From contig NC_014833.1 in the NCBI RefSeq assembly GCF_000179635.2, forward strand, positions 1,470,001 to 1,502,000: a stretch of DNA of 32,000 bases, written 5' to 3'. Origin of the DNA: Ruminococcus albus 7 = DSM 20455. GTDB taxonomy: Bacteria > Bacillota > Clostridia > Oscillospirales > Ruminococcaceae. The notes under the pieces were generated by a model. It had not been told where the DNA came from, ran no database searches, and saw only the letters and a list, made by a program, of their open reading frames with translations. How positions within the stretch are numbered: the first letter of the stretch is position 1; each line of letters opens with the position of its first letter. Of this stretch, positions 1 to 7,920 are shown in pieces. A program made the position numbers and the translations under genes.

Positions 1-2
1 AA

Positions 3-95
3 AGCGTTATCGCAGTTATATGCGGTGTCCTGCTGGCAGCTGCTATAATAACAGTGCTGACTGTCATGGGCTTCAATATTTTTATCACAAAATAA
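3..95 (+). CDS. 3' end of an ORF truncated by the window edge; hydrophobic C-terminal tail
   Basis: Open frame from the edge reads ..SVIAVICGVLLAAAIITVLTVMGFNIFITK, with stop TAA at 93-95. It is too short to assign a function. Confidence 0.3.
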   Translation, partial: SVIAVICGVLLAAAIITVLTVMGFNIFITK

Positions 96-207
96 CAGGG
101 CGAATTTATGGACAGCAGACCAAAGGATATATAATCAGATGATTTCGGAACAAAACAGTAAAATGACGTTCCGACAAAAATAAATAAAAGATCAGAGGGT
201 GGAAGAC

Positions 208-558
208 ATGGTATACAAAGACAGGGACATCTCTCCCGAAGCAAGAAAGTTTTACAGGATGCTGAAAGCCAGACCCGCACAGTTTCTTGGGTGCGAGTGC
301 ATAACTTTCCTGCGGACATATATGGACGGCATGGTGACAGCCGACAGACTTTTCAACGGCACTAAAAACATAATAATACCCTACGGTTTCACGGATTTCG
401 TTGAGTGGTACTACGGCGACAATACCTGTCAGGACTGCTTTGAATGTGTGCTGAAAGCCGAGGTAGACGAAAAGAAAGCCCTCGATAAATGGTTCAGCCT
501 GCTGGATGAATACCTCACAGCCCTGGGCTATGATCCCATTGAGATGATCCAACAATAA
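208..558 (+). CDS. hypothetical small cytoplasmic protein (116 aa)
   Basis: ATG at 208 is preceded by AGAGGGTGG (194-202). The GTG at 199 in the ORF track has no RBS. Composition is protein-like (mixed charged/aromatic, several Cys) and the strand matches its neighbours. The overlapping 151-aa minus ORF is judged a shadow. Confidence 0.55.
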   Translation: MVYKDRDISPEARKFYRMLKARPAQFLGCECITFLRTYMDGMVTADRLFNGTKNIIIPYGFTDFVEWYYGDNTCQDCFECVLKAEVDEKKALDKWFSLLDEYLTALGYDPIEMIQQ

Positions 559-619
559 CATTACTTTCAGCAGCCGCCTGAAAACAGGTAAGTCAATGAA
601 AAATTAAAGGGGAATATTT

Positions 620-1492
620 ATGGAAATACCAAACGACATCGAACTCTCGCTGATAAAAAAATTCAGGCAGAGTATATGGTCGAGATTTCTTAAAGGCATA
701 AAGGACTATCAGCTCATACAGGAGGGCGATAAGATCGCTGTCTGTATCTCGGGCGGCAAGGATTCCATGATGATGGCTGTCTGTATGAAGCGTCTGCAAA
801 GGTATTCAAAGGTACCCTTCGATGTTGAGTATATCGTCATGGATCCCGGGTATGCTCCCGCAAACAGGCAGAAGATCATCGACAACGCCGCAAAGCTGGA
901 GATACCTATAAAGATATTTGAAACTAAGATATTCGATTCAGTGGTCAACGTAAAACAGAACCCCTGCTACCTCTGCGCCAGGATGCGCCGCGGATATCTC
1001 TATAAAAATGCTCAGGAACTTGGCTGCAATAAGATCGCACTTGGACACCATTTCGATGATGTGATCGAAACCATCCTCATGGGCATGCTTTACGGCTCTC
1101 AGGTCCAGACCATGATGCCCAAGATACACAGCGAGAATTTTGAGGGTATGCAGCTCATACGTCCCCTTTATATGGTGCGCGAAGAGGATATAATCAAATG
1201 GTGCGGATATAACGATCTGAAATTCATCCAGTGCGCCTGCCGCTTTACCGAGGAAAGGGAAGTGTACGATGACGGCAGCAGCAACTCCAAGCGTCAGGAG
1301 ATCAAGGAACTGCTGAAAAAACTCCGCGAGATCAGCCCTGCCATAGATAAGAATATATTCAGGAGCGTTGAGAACGTCAACCTTCAGACCATTATCAGCT
1401 ATCATATCGGTGACGAGTATCATCATTTCTTAGATGAATACGACAAGGGCAGAAGCGTCCGCGGTACGGTGGCAGGCAGCAGCGAGGAGTAA
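620..1492 (+). CDS. ttcA: PP-loop ATPase, TtcA-family tRNA 2-thiocytidine/thiolation enzyme
   Basis: PP-loop signature SGGKDS (CISGGKDSMMMA). CxxC motif NPCYLCARMRRG and a second Cys pair FIQCACRF are typical of Fe-S TtcA-type enzymes. RBS AAAGGGGAA lies upstream of the ATG at 620. Confidence 0.75.
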   Translation: MEIPNDIELSLIKKFRQSIWSRFLKGIKDYQLIQEGDKIAVCISGGKDSMMMAVCMKRLQRYSKVPFDVEYIVMDPGYAPANRQKIIDNAAKLEIPIKIFETKIFDSVVNVKQNPCYLCARMRRGYLYKNAQELGCNKIALGHHFDDVIETILMGMLYGSQVQTMMPKIHSENFEGMQLIRPLYMVREEDIIKWCGYNDLKFIQCACRFTEEREVYDDGSSNSKRQEIKELLKKLREISPAIDKNIFRSVENVNLQTIISYHIGDEYHHFLDEYDKGRSVRGTVAGSSEE

Positions 1493-1604
1493 TATCGTCG
1501 AATAAGAAAAATGCCGAAATATCGGACCTTTATGGTCTTCTTAAAGTCCGGTCAGGGCTTTCTGAAAATTGATTTGAAAAAATGTAAAAAAATATTAAAC
1601 CACC

Positions 1605-1633
1605 TTTACTTAGTAATTCAGATGTGGTATAAT
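1605..1633 (+). promoter_or_regulatory. sigma-70-type promoter with extended -10 (TTTACT-17-TGgTATAAT)
   Basis: TATAAT at 1628-1633 is preceded by TGG. TTTACT at 1605-1610 gives a 17-nt spacer. The same 11-mer TGTGGTATAAT forms the ddh promoter at 21710-21720. Confidence 0.55.
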
Positions 1634-1707
1634 TGTAAAAAGATTTGATTAAGAAGACCATAGTACAAAACATAGTTATAGTCTGTGTTCAGATTGGAGT
1701 GATAAAT

Positions 1708-1965
1708 GTGTGGTTTTTTGGTAAAAAGAAGACAGAAAAGACTGAAAAGACTGACCCATATATCGAGATGTACTATAAGGTCAACGGCTGGTGTGATGAA
1801 CATCCCAATGAAGTAATGGAGATCAGGAACTACGTTGCGATGATGGTCGCTCAGGGTATAAAGCCGACATCTGCACTAGTTGAAGAGGCTTGTGCTGACA
1901 GATGCATAGAACTGCCATTTCCTCATAAGGATCTGCTAAAGTACAGTAAGATCAGCTTTTACTGA
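1708..1965 (+). CDS. hypothetical small protein (85 aa)
   Basis: GTG at 1708 lies 8 nt after GGAG (1696-1699). The TTG at 1645 in the ORF track sits almost at the predicted TSS with no RBS. A strong terminator follows the stop. There is no recognisable domain. Confidence 0.5.
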   Translation: MWFFGKKKTEKTEKTDPYIEMYYKVNGWCDEHPNEVMEIRNYVAMMVAQGIKPTSALVEEACADRCIELPFPHKDLLKYSKISFY

Positions 1966-1974
1966 AAAAATGCA

Positions 1975-2303
1975 AAATATAACGGGAGGTCAGATAGTAT
2001 GACCTCCCGTTTTTTGCATAGTATTTGTGTGCAAGCGTTTTATACTTACATCTTTTTCCGAGCGCAAGCTGCTTATCGCGCCCGCAGTCCTGCAGCCTAC
2101 CGGCTGCCGTGAAGTCATATTGCTATCACCTCTTTCCGTTATAAAGCTGCGGATGATCTCCGCGCATGGCTGGTCATCTCAGGTACTTATGCCGTGTACC
2201 CTATCTCAGCCCAAGGATATCTTATGCGGATAACGGTCGTGGATCGAGCGCTGTCGGGTGATCGGTCCGACAATGCCGCCGCTTCTCCGCTTTGTTTCCT
2301 TTC
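1975..2303 (-). ncRNA. candidate structured non-coding RNA of unknown class (about 330 nt)
   Basis: A GC-rich, ORF-poor island lies between a good minus-strand promoter (2310-2338) and the bidirectional terminator (1982-2016). It contains several local hairpins, for example GCAGCC-TACC-GGCTGC and GTCGG-N9-CCGAC. A diverged copy sits at 21343-21500. I could not match it to any riboswitch or RNA family I know. Confidence 0.4.
1982..2016. terminator. bidirectional rho-independent terminator
   Basis: Stem ACGGGAGGTC (1982-1991) pairs with GACCTCCCGT (2001-2010). It is followed by TTTTT on the plus strand and by a U-rich tract (TATATTTTGCATTTTTT) on the minus strand. Confidence 0.85.
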
Positions 2304-2309
2304 ACCGAA

Positions 2310-2338
2310 AGTATAGCACGTATCACCCCCAAATGCAA
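2310..2338 (-). promoter_or_regulatory. sigma-70-type promoter on the minus strand (TTGCAT-17-TGcTATACT)
   Basis: Read as reverse complement: TTGCAT (2338-2333), a 17-nt spacer, and TATACT (2315-2310) preceded by TGC (extended -10). Confidence 0.55.
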
Positions 2339-2752
2339 GGGTTTTCGCCATATTTTAACCGCTTGTAGTCAAACTGGAAAACCTTGTATTCGTTTCGCAA
2401 GACTTTTATTAGAATATCATCACATTTCATCACATTATTATTAGATAAGTACAGCATTATGCACAAATGTATGATGTTTCATGTGATATGTATTGTCGTT
2501 CACGGGTTCTTATCGATCTGATTTTAATACCCGAACTTATTAACATAATACTGCGTTTATAATATTGTTATAGATCAGATAAGTTAATAGAATAGTAATA
2601 TGGTAAACACAGAACTTTCATTATGAAAGAGTATAATAAGCTATGTAATTTTGACAGCTGTATAAAAACCAGATTATTGTATAAATTTCGTATGTTTGTA
2701 AGAAATTTTGATAACTGTAATATTTGATAAAAATCCAAGTAAGGAATGAAAG

Positions 2753-3397
2753 ATGAAAAAGCTTTATATATTTGATCTTGACGGTACACTTGCCGACTCC
2801 CTGTGCGATCTGGCAGATTCCGTTAATATCGTGCTTGAGAGACATGGCTTCCCCACACATGATACGGAAAAATACAAGTACTTCGTCGGCAACGGCGCAC
2901 TTAAACTTATTGAGCGTGCCCTCCCCGAAGATAAGCGCGATACTGATACGATAAAACTTATCCACGCTGAGTATTCAAAGGTCTATGCAGAAAGGATGCT
3001 TTGTAAAACAAAGCCCTATGACGGCATCAGGGAAGTGCTTGAAAAGCTGAAAGCCAAGGGCTGTCTGCTGGCAGTGGCTTCAAATAAACCCGATGACTGT
3101 ACGGTTTATATAGTTGAAACACTGTTCGGCAAGGGTATGTTCCATACTGTCCACGGCAAGCGCGAGGGTGTCCCCACAAAACCCTCCCCCGATATTATGT
3201 ATATGATTATGGAAGAACTCGGTGTCACCCCCGATGAATGTATCCACACGGGGGATTCAAATGTGGATGTGAATACCGCCCATAATGCAGGTATAGAATG
3301 TATCGGCTGTACATGGGGCTTTCGCACCGAAGAGGAACTTATCTCCGCAGGTGCCGACCATATAGCCCATATCCCCGAAGATATATTAAAATACTAA
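2753..3397 (+). CDS. HAD-superfamily hydrolase, phosphoglycolate-phosphatase-like
   Basis: HAD motif I is FDLDGTLADS, motif II is VASNK and motif IV is GDSNVDV. RBS AAGGAATGAAAG lies before the ATG. Confidence 0.85.
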   Translation: MKKLYIFDLDGTLADSLCDLADSVNIVLERHGFPTHDTEKYKYFVGNGALKLIERALPEDKRDTDTIKLIHAEYSKVYAERMLCKTKPYDGIREVLEKLKAKGCLLAVASNKPDDCTVYIVETLFGKGMFHTVHGKREGVPTKPSPDIMYMIMEELGVTPDECIHTGDSNVDVNTAHNAGIECIGCTWGFRTEEELISAGADHIAHIPEDILKY

Positions 3398-3418
3398 GAA
3401 ATAACGGAGGCAAACAAT

Positions 3419-5101
3419 ATGTCTGGTATGAATGATTTTTATAAGCAGTTCGTCGATGAGGAAGTCGATGAGAACGGCACACTGAAAAAGTTCGAGCTGA
3501 AGCTGAAGGACGATTTCAATTTCGGCTACGATGTAATAGATGAACTGGCAAGGCTCTATCCCGAAAAGAAAATGCTCCACTGGATAAATGACCACGGCGG
3601 CGAAAGAGAGTTCACCTATGCCGAAATGAGCAGACTTTCAAATCAGTGCGCAAATATGATGCTGGCTCACGGTGTCAAAAAAGGCGATATGCTGCTGGCA
3701 GTCCTGAAAAGACACTATGAGTTCTGGATACTGGCTTACGGTCTTATAAAGATAGGATGTATACTTATCCCCGCCACCTCCCAGCTCATGCCCAAGGACT
3801 ACGTATACCGCTTCAAAGCAGCAAATGTAAAGTATGTATGCGCGACTTATTTTGATGAAGTCGCAGACCGTATAGATACCGCCTGCAAGAAGTATACAGG
3901 CATAAAGGAGAAGTTCATCTGCCGCGGTAAGAAAGAGGGCTGGACTGACTTCATGGAGGAACTGTCCAAATATCCCGACACTCTTGAAAAGCAGGACATC
4001 AATAAAAATGACTATATGCTGGCATATTTCAGCTCAGGCACAACAGGTCAGCCCAAAATGGCTATCCACGCCAATGCCTATGCCGCAGGCTCCATAACTA
4101 CCGCAAAGTACTGGCACCACGTCGATGAAACTTCCGTACACCTGACAGTTTCCGAATCCGGCTGGGCGAAATGTGCATGGGGCAAAATGTTCGGTCAGCT
4201 TATATGCGGTGCCGAGGAATTTATATATGATATGGACAGATTCCACCCCGATAAGATGCTGACGGTCCTCCAGGATTACAATATCTCTTCCTTCTGTGCA
4301 CCTCCTACCATGTACAGGTTCTTTATAAAGGAAGGTCTTGGAAACTATGACCTTTCGGGTATAAAGTACAGCTGTATCGCAGGCGAGGCTCTCAATGCAG
4401 AGGTATTCAACCGCTGGAAGGAGTATACAGGTCTTGAACTTATGGAAGGCTTCGGTCAGACCGAGAGCGTTGTAATAGTAGCGAATTTCTACGGCATGAA
4501 GCCAAAGCCCGGTTCAATGGGCAAGCCATCCCCCCTCTATGATGTTGATATCATCCGCAAGGACGGCACCAGCTGCGATACAGGCGAAACAGGCGAAATA
4601 ATCATCAGGGCTGAACGCGGCAAGCATCCCGCACTCTTCAAGGAATACTACGGCAACAAGGAACTTACCGACAACGCATGGCGCGGCGGCATCTACCATA
4701 CAGGCGATACCGCTTACCGCGACGAGGACGGCTATTTCTGGTATGTGGGACGTACCGATGACCTTATCAAGGCATCCGGCTACCGTATAGGACCCTTCGA
4801 GATAGAAAGCATACTTATGGAGCATCCCGCTGTCAGGGAGGTAGCTGTCACAGCCGCCGATGATGAGATACGCGGCAAGGTGGTAAAGGCGACTATCGTC
4901 CTTTCCAACGGCTATACAGGCTCTCCCGAGCTTGTTAAGGAACTCCAGACTTATGTTAAGAAGTCCACAGCACCCTATAAGTATCCCCGTATCATCGAAT
5001 TCGTAGATGATCTTCCCAAGACCGAAAGCGGCAAGATCCGCCGTGTTGAGATCAGGGACAACGATCACAGAAAGTATGAGGAAAGTCATTCATCTAAATA
5101 A
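3419..5101 (+). CDS. AMP-forming acyl-CoA synthetase (medium-chain/acetyl-CoA synthetase-like adenylate-forming enzyme)
   Basis: Motifs present: AMP-binding signature YFSSGTTGQPK, YHTGD, GRTDDLIKASGYRIGPFEIE and C-terminal PKTESGKIRR. The start is only 21 nt after the HAD gene, so the two are likely co-transcribed. Confidence 0.9.
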   Translation: MSGMNDFYKQFVDEEVDENGTLKKFELKLKDDFNFGYDVIDELARLYPEKKMLHWINDHGGEREFTYAEMSRLSNQCANMMLAHGVKKGDMLLAVLKRHYEFWILAYGLIKIGCILIPATSQLMPKDYVYRFKAANVKYVCATYFDEVADRIDTACKKYTGIKEKFICRGKKEGWTDFMEELSKYPDTLEKQDINKNDYMLAYFSSGTTGQPKMAIHANAYAAGSITTAKYWHHVDETSVHLTVSESGWAKCAWGKMFGQLICGAEEFIYDMDRFHPDKMLTVLQDYNISSFCAPPTMYRFFIKEGLGNYDLSGIKYSCIAGEALNAEVFNRWKEYTGLELMEGFGQTESVVIVANFYGMKPKPGSMGKPSPLYDVDIIRKDGTSCDTGETGEIIIRAERGKHPALFKEYYGNKELTDNAWRGGIYHTGDTAYRDEDGYFWYVGRTDDLIKASGYRIGPFEIESILMEHPAVREVAVTAADDEIRGKVVKATIVLSNGYTGSPELVKELQTYVKKSTAPYKYPRIIEFVDDLPKTESGKIRRVEIRDNDHRKYEESHSSK

Positions 5102-5111
5102 TGTATTTTAT

Positions 5112-5145
5112 GAGCAGCGTATTTCCTACGCTGCTCTATTTGTAT
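5112..5145 (+). terminator. rho-independent terminator
   Basis: GAGCAGCGTA (5112-5121), loop TTTCC, TACGCTGCTC (5127-5136), then a T-rich tail. Confidence 0.75.
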
Positions 5146-5175
5146 ATATTCAACGTGAAAATATTGCGAAAATCC

Positions 5176-5204
5176 TTGCAATTTGTGGATAAATATGCTA
5201 TTAT
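5176..5204 (+). promoter_or_regulatory. sigma-70-type promoter (TTGCAA-17-TATTAT)
   Basis: TTGCAA at 5176-5181, a 17-nt spacer, TATTAT at 5199-5204. It lies directly upstream of the ExbB-like gene. Confidence 0.5.
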
Positions 5205-5253
5205 ATAGTATGTGGAAATATTCCGCAAATCGTATAATAAAGAGGACACCATC

Positions 5254-5886
5254 ATGAAACTCATATCTGTTATATTTATGAACCTCTGGGGATATGATAT
5301 CCTTATATTTCTTACGGCTGTATTCACCGCGATAGTATACCGCTATCTTAAAATGTCAGCGGATAAACTGTACAAAAAAATGCACCTTACGGTATTCGTT
5401 CCCGACGGTTCATCAAGGCATGAGGCTGATAAGGAGATATCAGGTCTGAGGGAGCAGGATATCGTCGCCATGAGAAACCACACGGGCAAGCTGTATTCAC
5501 TGTTCGTGAACCTCACAGGCATATTCCCCCTGCTGGGCATACTCGGCACCGTTGTATCCCTGCTGGGTCTTGTGGCAGATAATACAAACGTCACAGGCAA
5601 TTTCTACGGCGCACTCACCTCCACCTTCTGGGGTCTGGTGTTCGCTATAATATTCAAGTTCCTTGACGGCATAGTTTCCGCTAAGATAGAGGATAACGAA
5701 AAAAGCGTCGAGCTTTATCTATCAAGAAATTTCAGTAACAAGCAGAAGAAAAGCGGTAATGACGAGGCTGTAAAAAAGCCCGTGGTAATGGAAAAGTATT
5801 CGGGCAGCGGCAAGGGCAAAAAGGGTATTGCACTGCTGGATGAGATTTTCGGTATGCCCGAGGGTGATGAAGATGAGGAAAAATAA
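5254..5886 (+). CDS. MotA/TolQ/ExbB-family proton-channel protein
   Basis: The family core is recognisable: IFPLLGILGTVVSLLGL and ALTSTFWGLVFAIIFKF. There is an N-terminal TM segment and an acidic/lysine-rich tail. ATG at 5254 follows AAAGAGGA; the GTG at 5212 in the track coincides with the predicted TSS. Confidence 0.8.
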   Translation: MKLISVIFMNLWGYDILIFLTAVFTAIVYRYLKMSADKLYKKMHLTVFVPDGSSRHEADKEISGLREQDIVAMRNHTGKLYSLFVNLTGIFPLLGILGTVVSLLGLVADNTNVTGNFYGALTSTFWGLVFAIIFKFLDGIVSAKIEDNEKSVELYLSRNFSNKQKKSGNDEAVKKPVVMEKYSGSGKGKKGIALLDEIFGMPEGDEDEEK

Positions 5887-6463
5887 GGGCATCATCATTG
5901 AGCTGACCGCCCTGCTGGATGTTATCTTCATAATGCTCTTCTGGATGATGATGAACGTGCAGGAGGGAAGTGCAAAGGTAAAGGAAGATGCCGACAGCCG
6001 CATAGCCGAAGCTCAGGCTGAGGTGGTGCAGGTCAGGGAGGAAGCCGAAGAAAAGCTGGAAAGTATGAGAGAGCAGGCTGATATGGAGATACAAAGGGCT
6101 CGCAAGCTGGCAGAAGATATTGACAGTACCGCCGCCGCCAATCAGCAGGCGCTTGAAAACTTCGGTGACGGACTCATGCTTACCATAAATCTCAGGTATT
6201 CCCCCGGCGGTGAGCTGACCGTCACCAACGGAGATAACGTACTTTCAAGGTCAGCCGTCACTAACGAGGATGATGTTTATTCTGCCCTTTCAGCGGCGCT
6301 CAGAAAGGCAGATATAGGAACTGATGATGTGGTGCTGTGCGCATTCGTGTATGACGGCAGCCACGCACTTTTCCGCGATGTTTCAGGTATAACGGATGCA
6401 GTCGGAAGGCTCGGCAAAAGCTATAAGAACTTCTACTGCACCTATATAAATACTGCAAGATGA
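5873..6463 (+). CDS. ExbD/TolR-like protein with an inserted coiled-coil segment
   Basis: N-terminal TM segment IIIELTALLDVIFIMLFWMM carries the conserved Asp. The C-terminal pattern (LTINLRY..GELTV..VLCAFVYDG..) is ExbD-domain-like. About 70 aa of E/A/Q/R-rich helix lie between them. The start overlaps the upstream gene, with GAGGG 8 nt before the ATG at 5873 (alternative ATG at 5867). Confidence 0.65.
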   Translation: MRKNKGIIIELTALLDVIFIMLFWMMMNVQEGSAKVKEDADSRIAEAQAEVVQVREEAEEKLESMREQADMEIQRARKLAEDIDSTAAANQQALENFGDGLMLTINLRYSPGGELTVTNGDNVLSRSAVTNEDDVYSALSAALRKADIGTDDVVLCAFVYDGSHALFRDVSGITDAVGRLGKSYKNFYCTYINTAR

Positions 6464-6478
6464 CAGGAGGATAATACT

Positions 6479-7009
6479 ATGAGTATAGAGAAAGAGGTCG
6501 AAAAAATGTACAGAGAAGATGCAGAAAAGCAAAAGAAGAATCAGAAAAAGAAGAAGAGCGGACGTGCAGCAACTATCATCGTTCTGATACTTATAGTTAT
6601 ACTGGCGCTCCTGCTTGCTAAGCTGCTGGGTCTGTTTGACGGCAGCGGCTTCGGTTTCGGCGGAAAAGGCAAGGATACCGAAGACGGCAGCGGTGTTCCC
6701 GACAGGGCAGTAACTGTATCCGCAGATGATGAAGAAAGCTCGGCAGCTGAGGTCACCAAGGTGTATGACAATATCAAGGTATCAGGCAGCACCTACCTCT
6801 ATAAGGGCAGCGAGATAAGCCTTGAAGACCTTAAAGACACCTTCTCCATGGAGAAGATGAACAAGGATGTAGTCGCACTCATCGAGGATGACAACGCTAC
6901 CCAGAACACTATGGAAGATCTTACCAATGCCTTCTCCGAAATGGGCAGAGAGTTCACCATAGAGGCTGCAGCAGCTGTAGAATCCGCACCCGAGTCAGCA
7001 GCACAGTGA
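6479..7009 (+). CDS. membrane-anchored protein: K-rich N-terminus, one TM segment, Gly/acidic linker, small C-terminal domain (TonB/TolA-like topology or second ExbD-like)
   Basis: TM segment AATIIVLILIVILALLLAKLLGLF, linker GSGFGFGGKGKDTEDGSG, and C-terminal segment NIKVSGSTYLYKGSEISLEDL..VVALIEDDNATQNTMEDL resembling an ExbD-type fold pattern. RBS CAGGAGG lies 8 nt before the ATG. Confidence 0.45.
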   Translation: MSIEKEVEKMYREDAEKQKKNQKKKKSGRAATIIVLILIVILALLLAKLLGLFDGSGFGFGGKGKDTEDGSGVPDRAVTVSADDEESSAAEVTKVYDNIKVSGSTYLYKGSEISLEDLKDTFSMEKMNKDVVALIEDDNATQNTMEDLTNAFSEMGREFTIEAAAAVESAPESAAQ

Positions 7010-7012
7010 TAT

Positions 7013-7861
7013 ATGCTGGGACTTACTCTTGAGGGCGGCGCCAGCAGGACGATATACTCCTGCGGCATACTTGATGCGCTCCTCGAAAATGATATAATGG
7101 CAGACAGGATATTCGGTGTGTCCGCAGGTTCCGCATTCGGCGTAAGCTATGCCTCGCGTCAGCATGGCAGAAATTACAGGCTTGCAACAGAATTCATGCC
7201 CACCCCCGAGTATATGGGTGTAAAGCACCTCATAGACCCACGCAATAAAAGCTATTATAATCTCGATTATGACTATGACACTATACCCAACAAGCTGCTG
7301 CCTTATGATTATGAAGCCCTCGGCAGATACAAAGGGGAATTCTATGCCGTTGCCACCAATGTTGAAACCGGTAAGGCAGAATATCTCCGTGTCGATGAAA
7401 AGGACAGAAAATGGTACAAACTGCGTGCCAGCTGTGCCATGCCCCTGCTTTTCCCCGAGATTGAGATAGACGGCAAGCGCTATCTTGACGGCGGCATAGC
7501 TGACTCAATACCTTATAAAAAAGCACTGGAAACGGGCTGTGATAAGAATATAGTGATACTCACCCGCCCGAGAGATTACCGCAAGCACTCCGACAGCATG
7601 ACAAAACTCTGTGCCGCGAGATACAGCAAATATCCCGCATTTGCCAAGGCTTTATCTACAAGGGCGGAGCGCTATAACAAGTGCGTCGATGAGATAATGG
7701 AACTTTCAAAACAGGGTAAGATATTCGTATTCACCCCAAAGACCACTTTCGGCGTTGAACGTATCGAGGGCGACCCCCATAAACTGAAAAAGCTCTACAC
7801 CCACGGCTACAAACACGCACTGTGGGCTATGGATAAACTGAAAGCATATCTGAAAAAATAG
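7013..7861 (+). CDS. patatin-like phospholipase
   Basis: Oxyanion motif GGASRT, nucleophile elbow GVSAGS (GxSxG) and catalytic Asp motif LDGGIAD. The start is 3 nt after the upstream stop. Confidence 0.85.
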   Translation: MLGLTLEGGASRTIYSCGILDALLENDIMADRIFGVSAGSAFGVSYASRQHGRNYRLATEFMPTPEYMGVKHLIDPRNKSYYNLDYDYDTIPNKLLPYDYEALGRYKGEFYAVATNVETGKAEYLRVDEKDRKWYKLRASCAMPLLFPEIEIDGKRYLDGGIADSIPYKKALETGCDKNIVILTRPRDYRKHSDSMTKLCAARYSKYPAFAKALSTRAERYNKCVDEIMELSKQGKIFVFTPKTTFGVERIEGDPHKLKKLYTHGYKHALWAMDKLKAYLKK

Positions 7862-7920
7862 CCTTTGCATTATCCGGTCGGGCCACTCACAAACATTAAG
7901 ATCCATAGAAGAGGTAAAAA

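Noticed and set aside
106-561. 151-aa minus-strand ORF overlapping the 208-558 plus-strand ORF.
   Set aside because: It has no RBS, a hydrophobic/Cys/His-rich composition that does not look protein-like, and it runs against the uniform plus-strand organisation. The plus-strand ORF has an RBS and a plausible composition.
1990-2118. 42-aa minus-strand ORF with a good RBS (GAGGTG, then 8 nt, then ATG) inside the candidate ncRNA.
   Set aside because: The ORF reads through both arms of the terminator stem and encodes a polar, Arg/Thr/Gly-rich peptide with no hydrophobic core. I keep it only as a caveat to the ncRNA call.
2027-2233. 68-aa plus-strand ORF within the GC-rich island.
   Set aside because: It starts with no RBS right after a terminator, and its translation is implausible. 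The region is better explained as the minus-strand non-coding transcript.
2150-2235. TPP (THI-box)-like words CTGAGA and ACCTGAGA on the minus strand.
   Set aside because: The conserved ACCC and the TCTGGATAATGCCAGCG-type helix are absent, and no gene lies downstream on that strand to be regulated.
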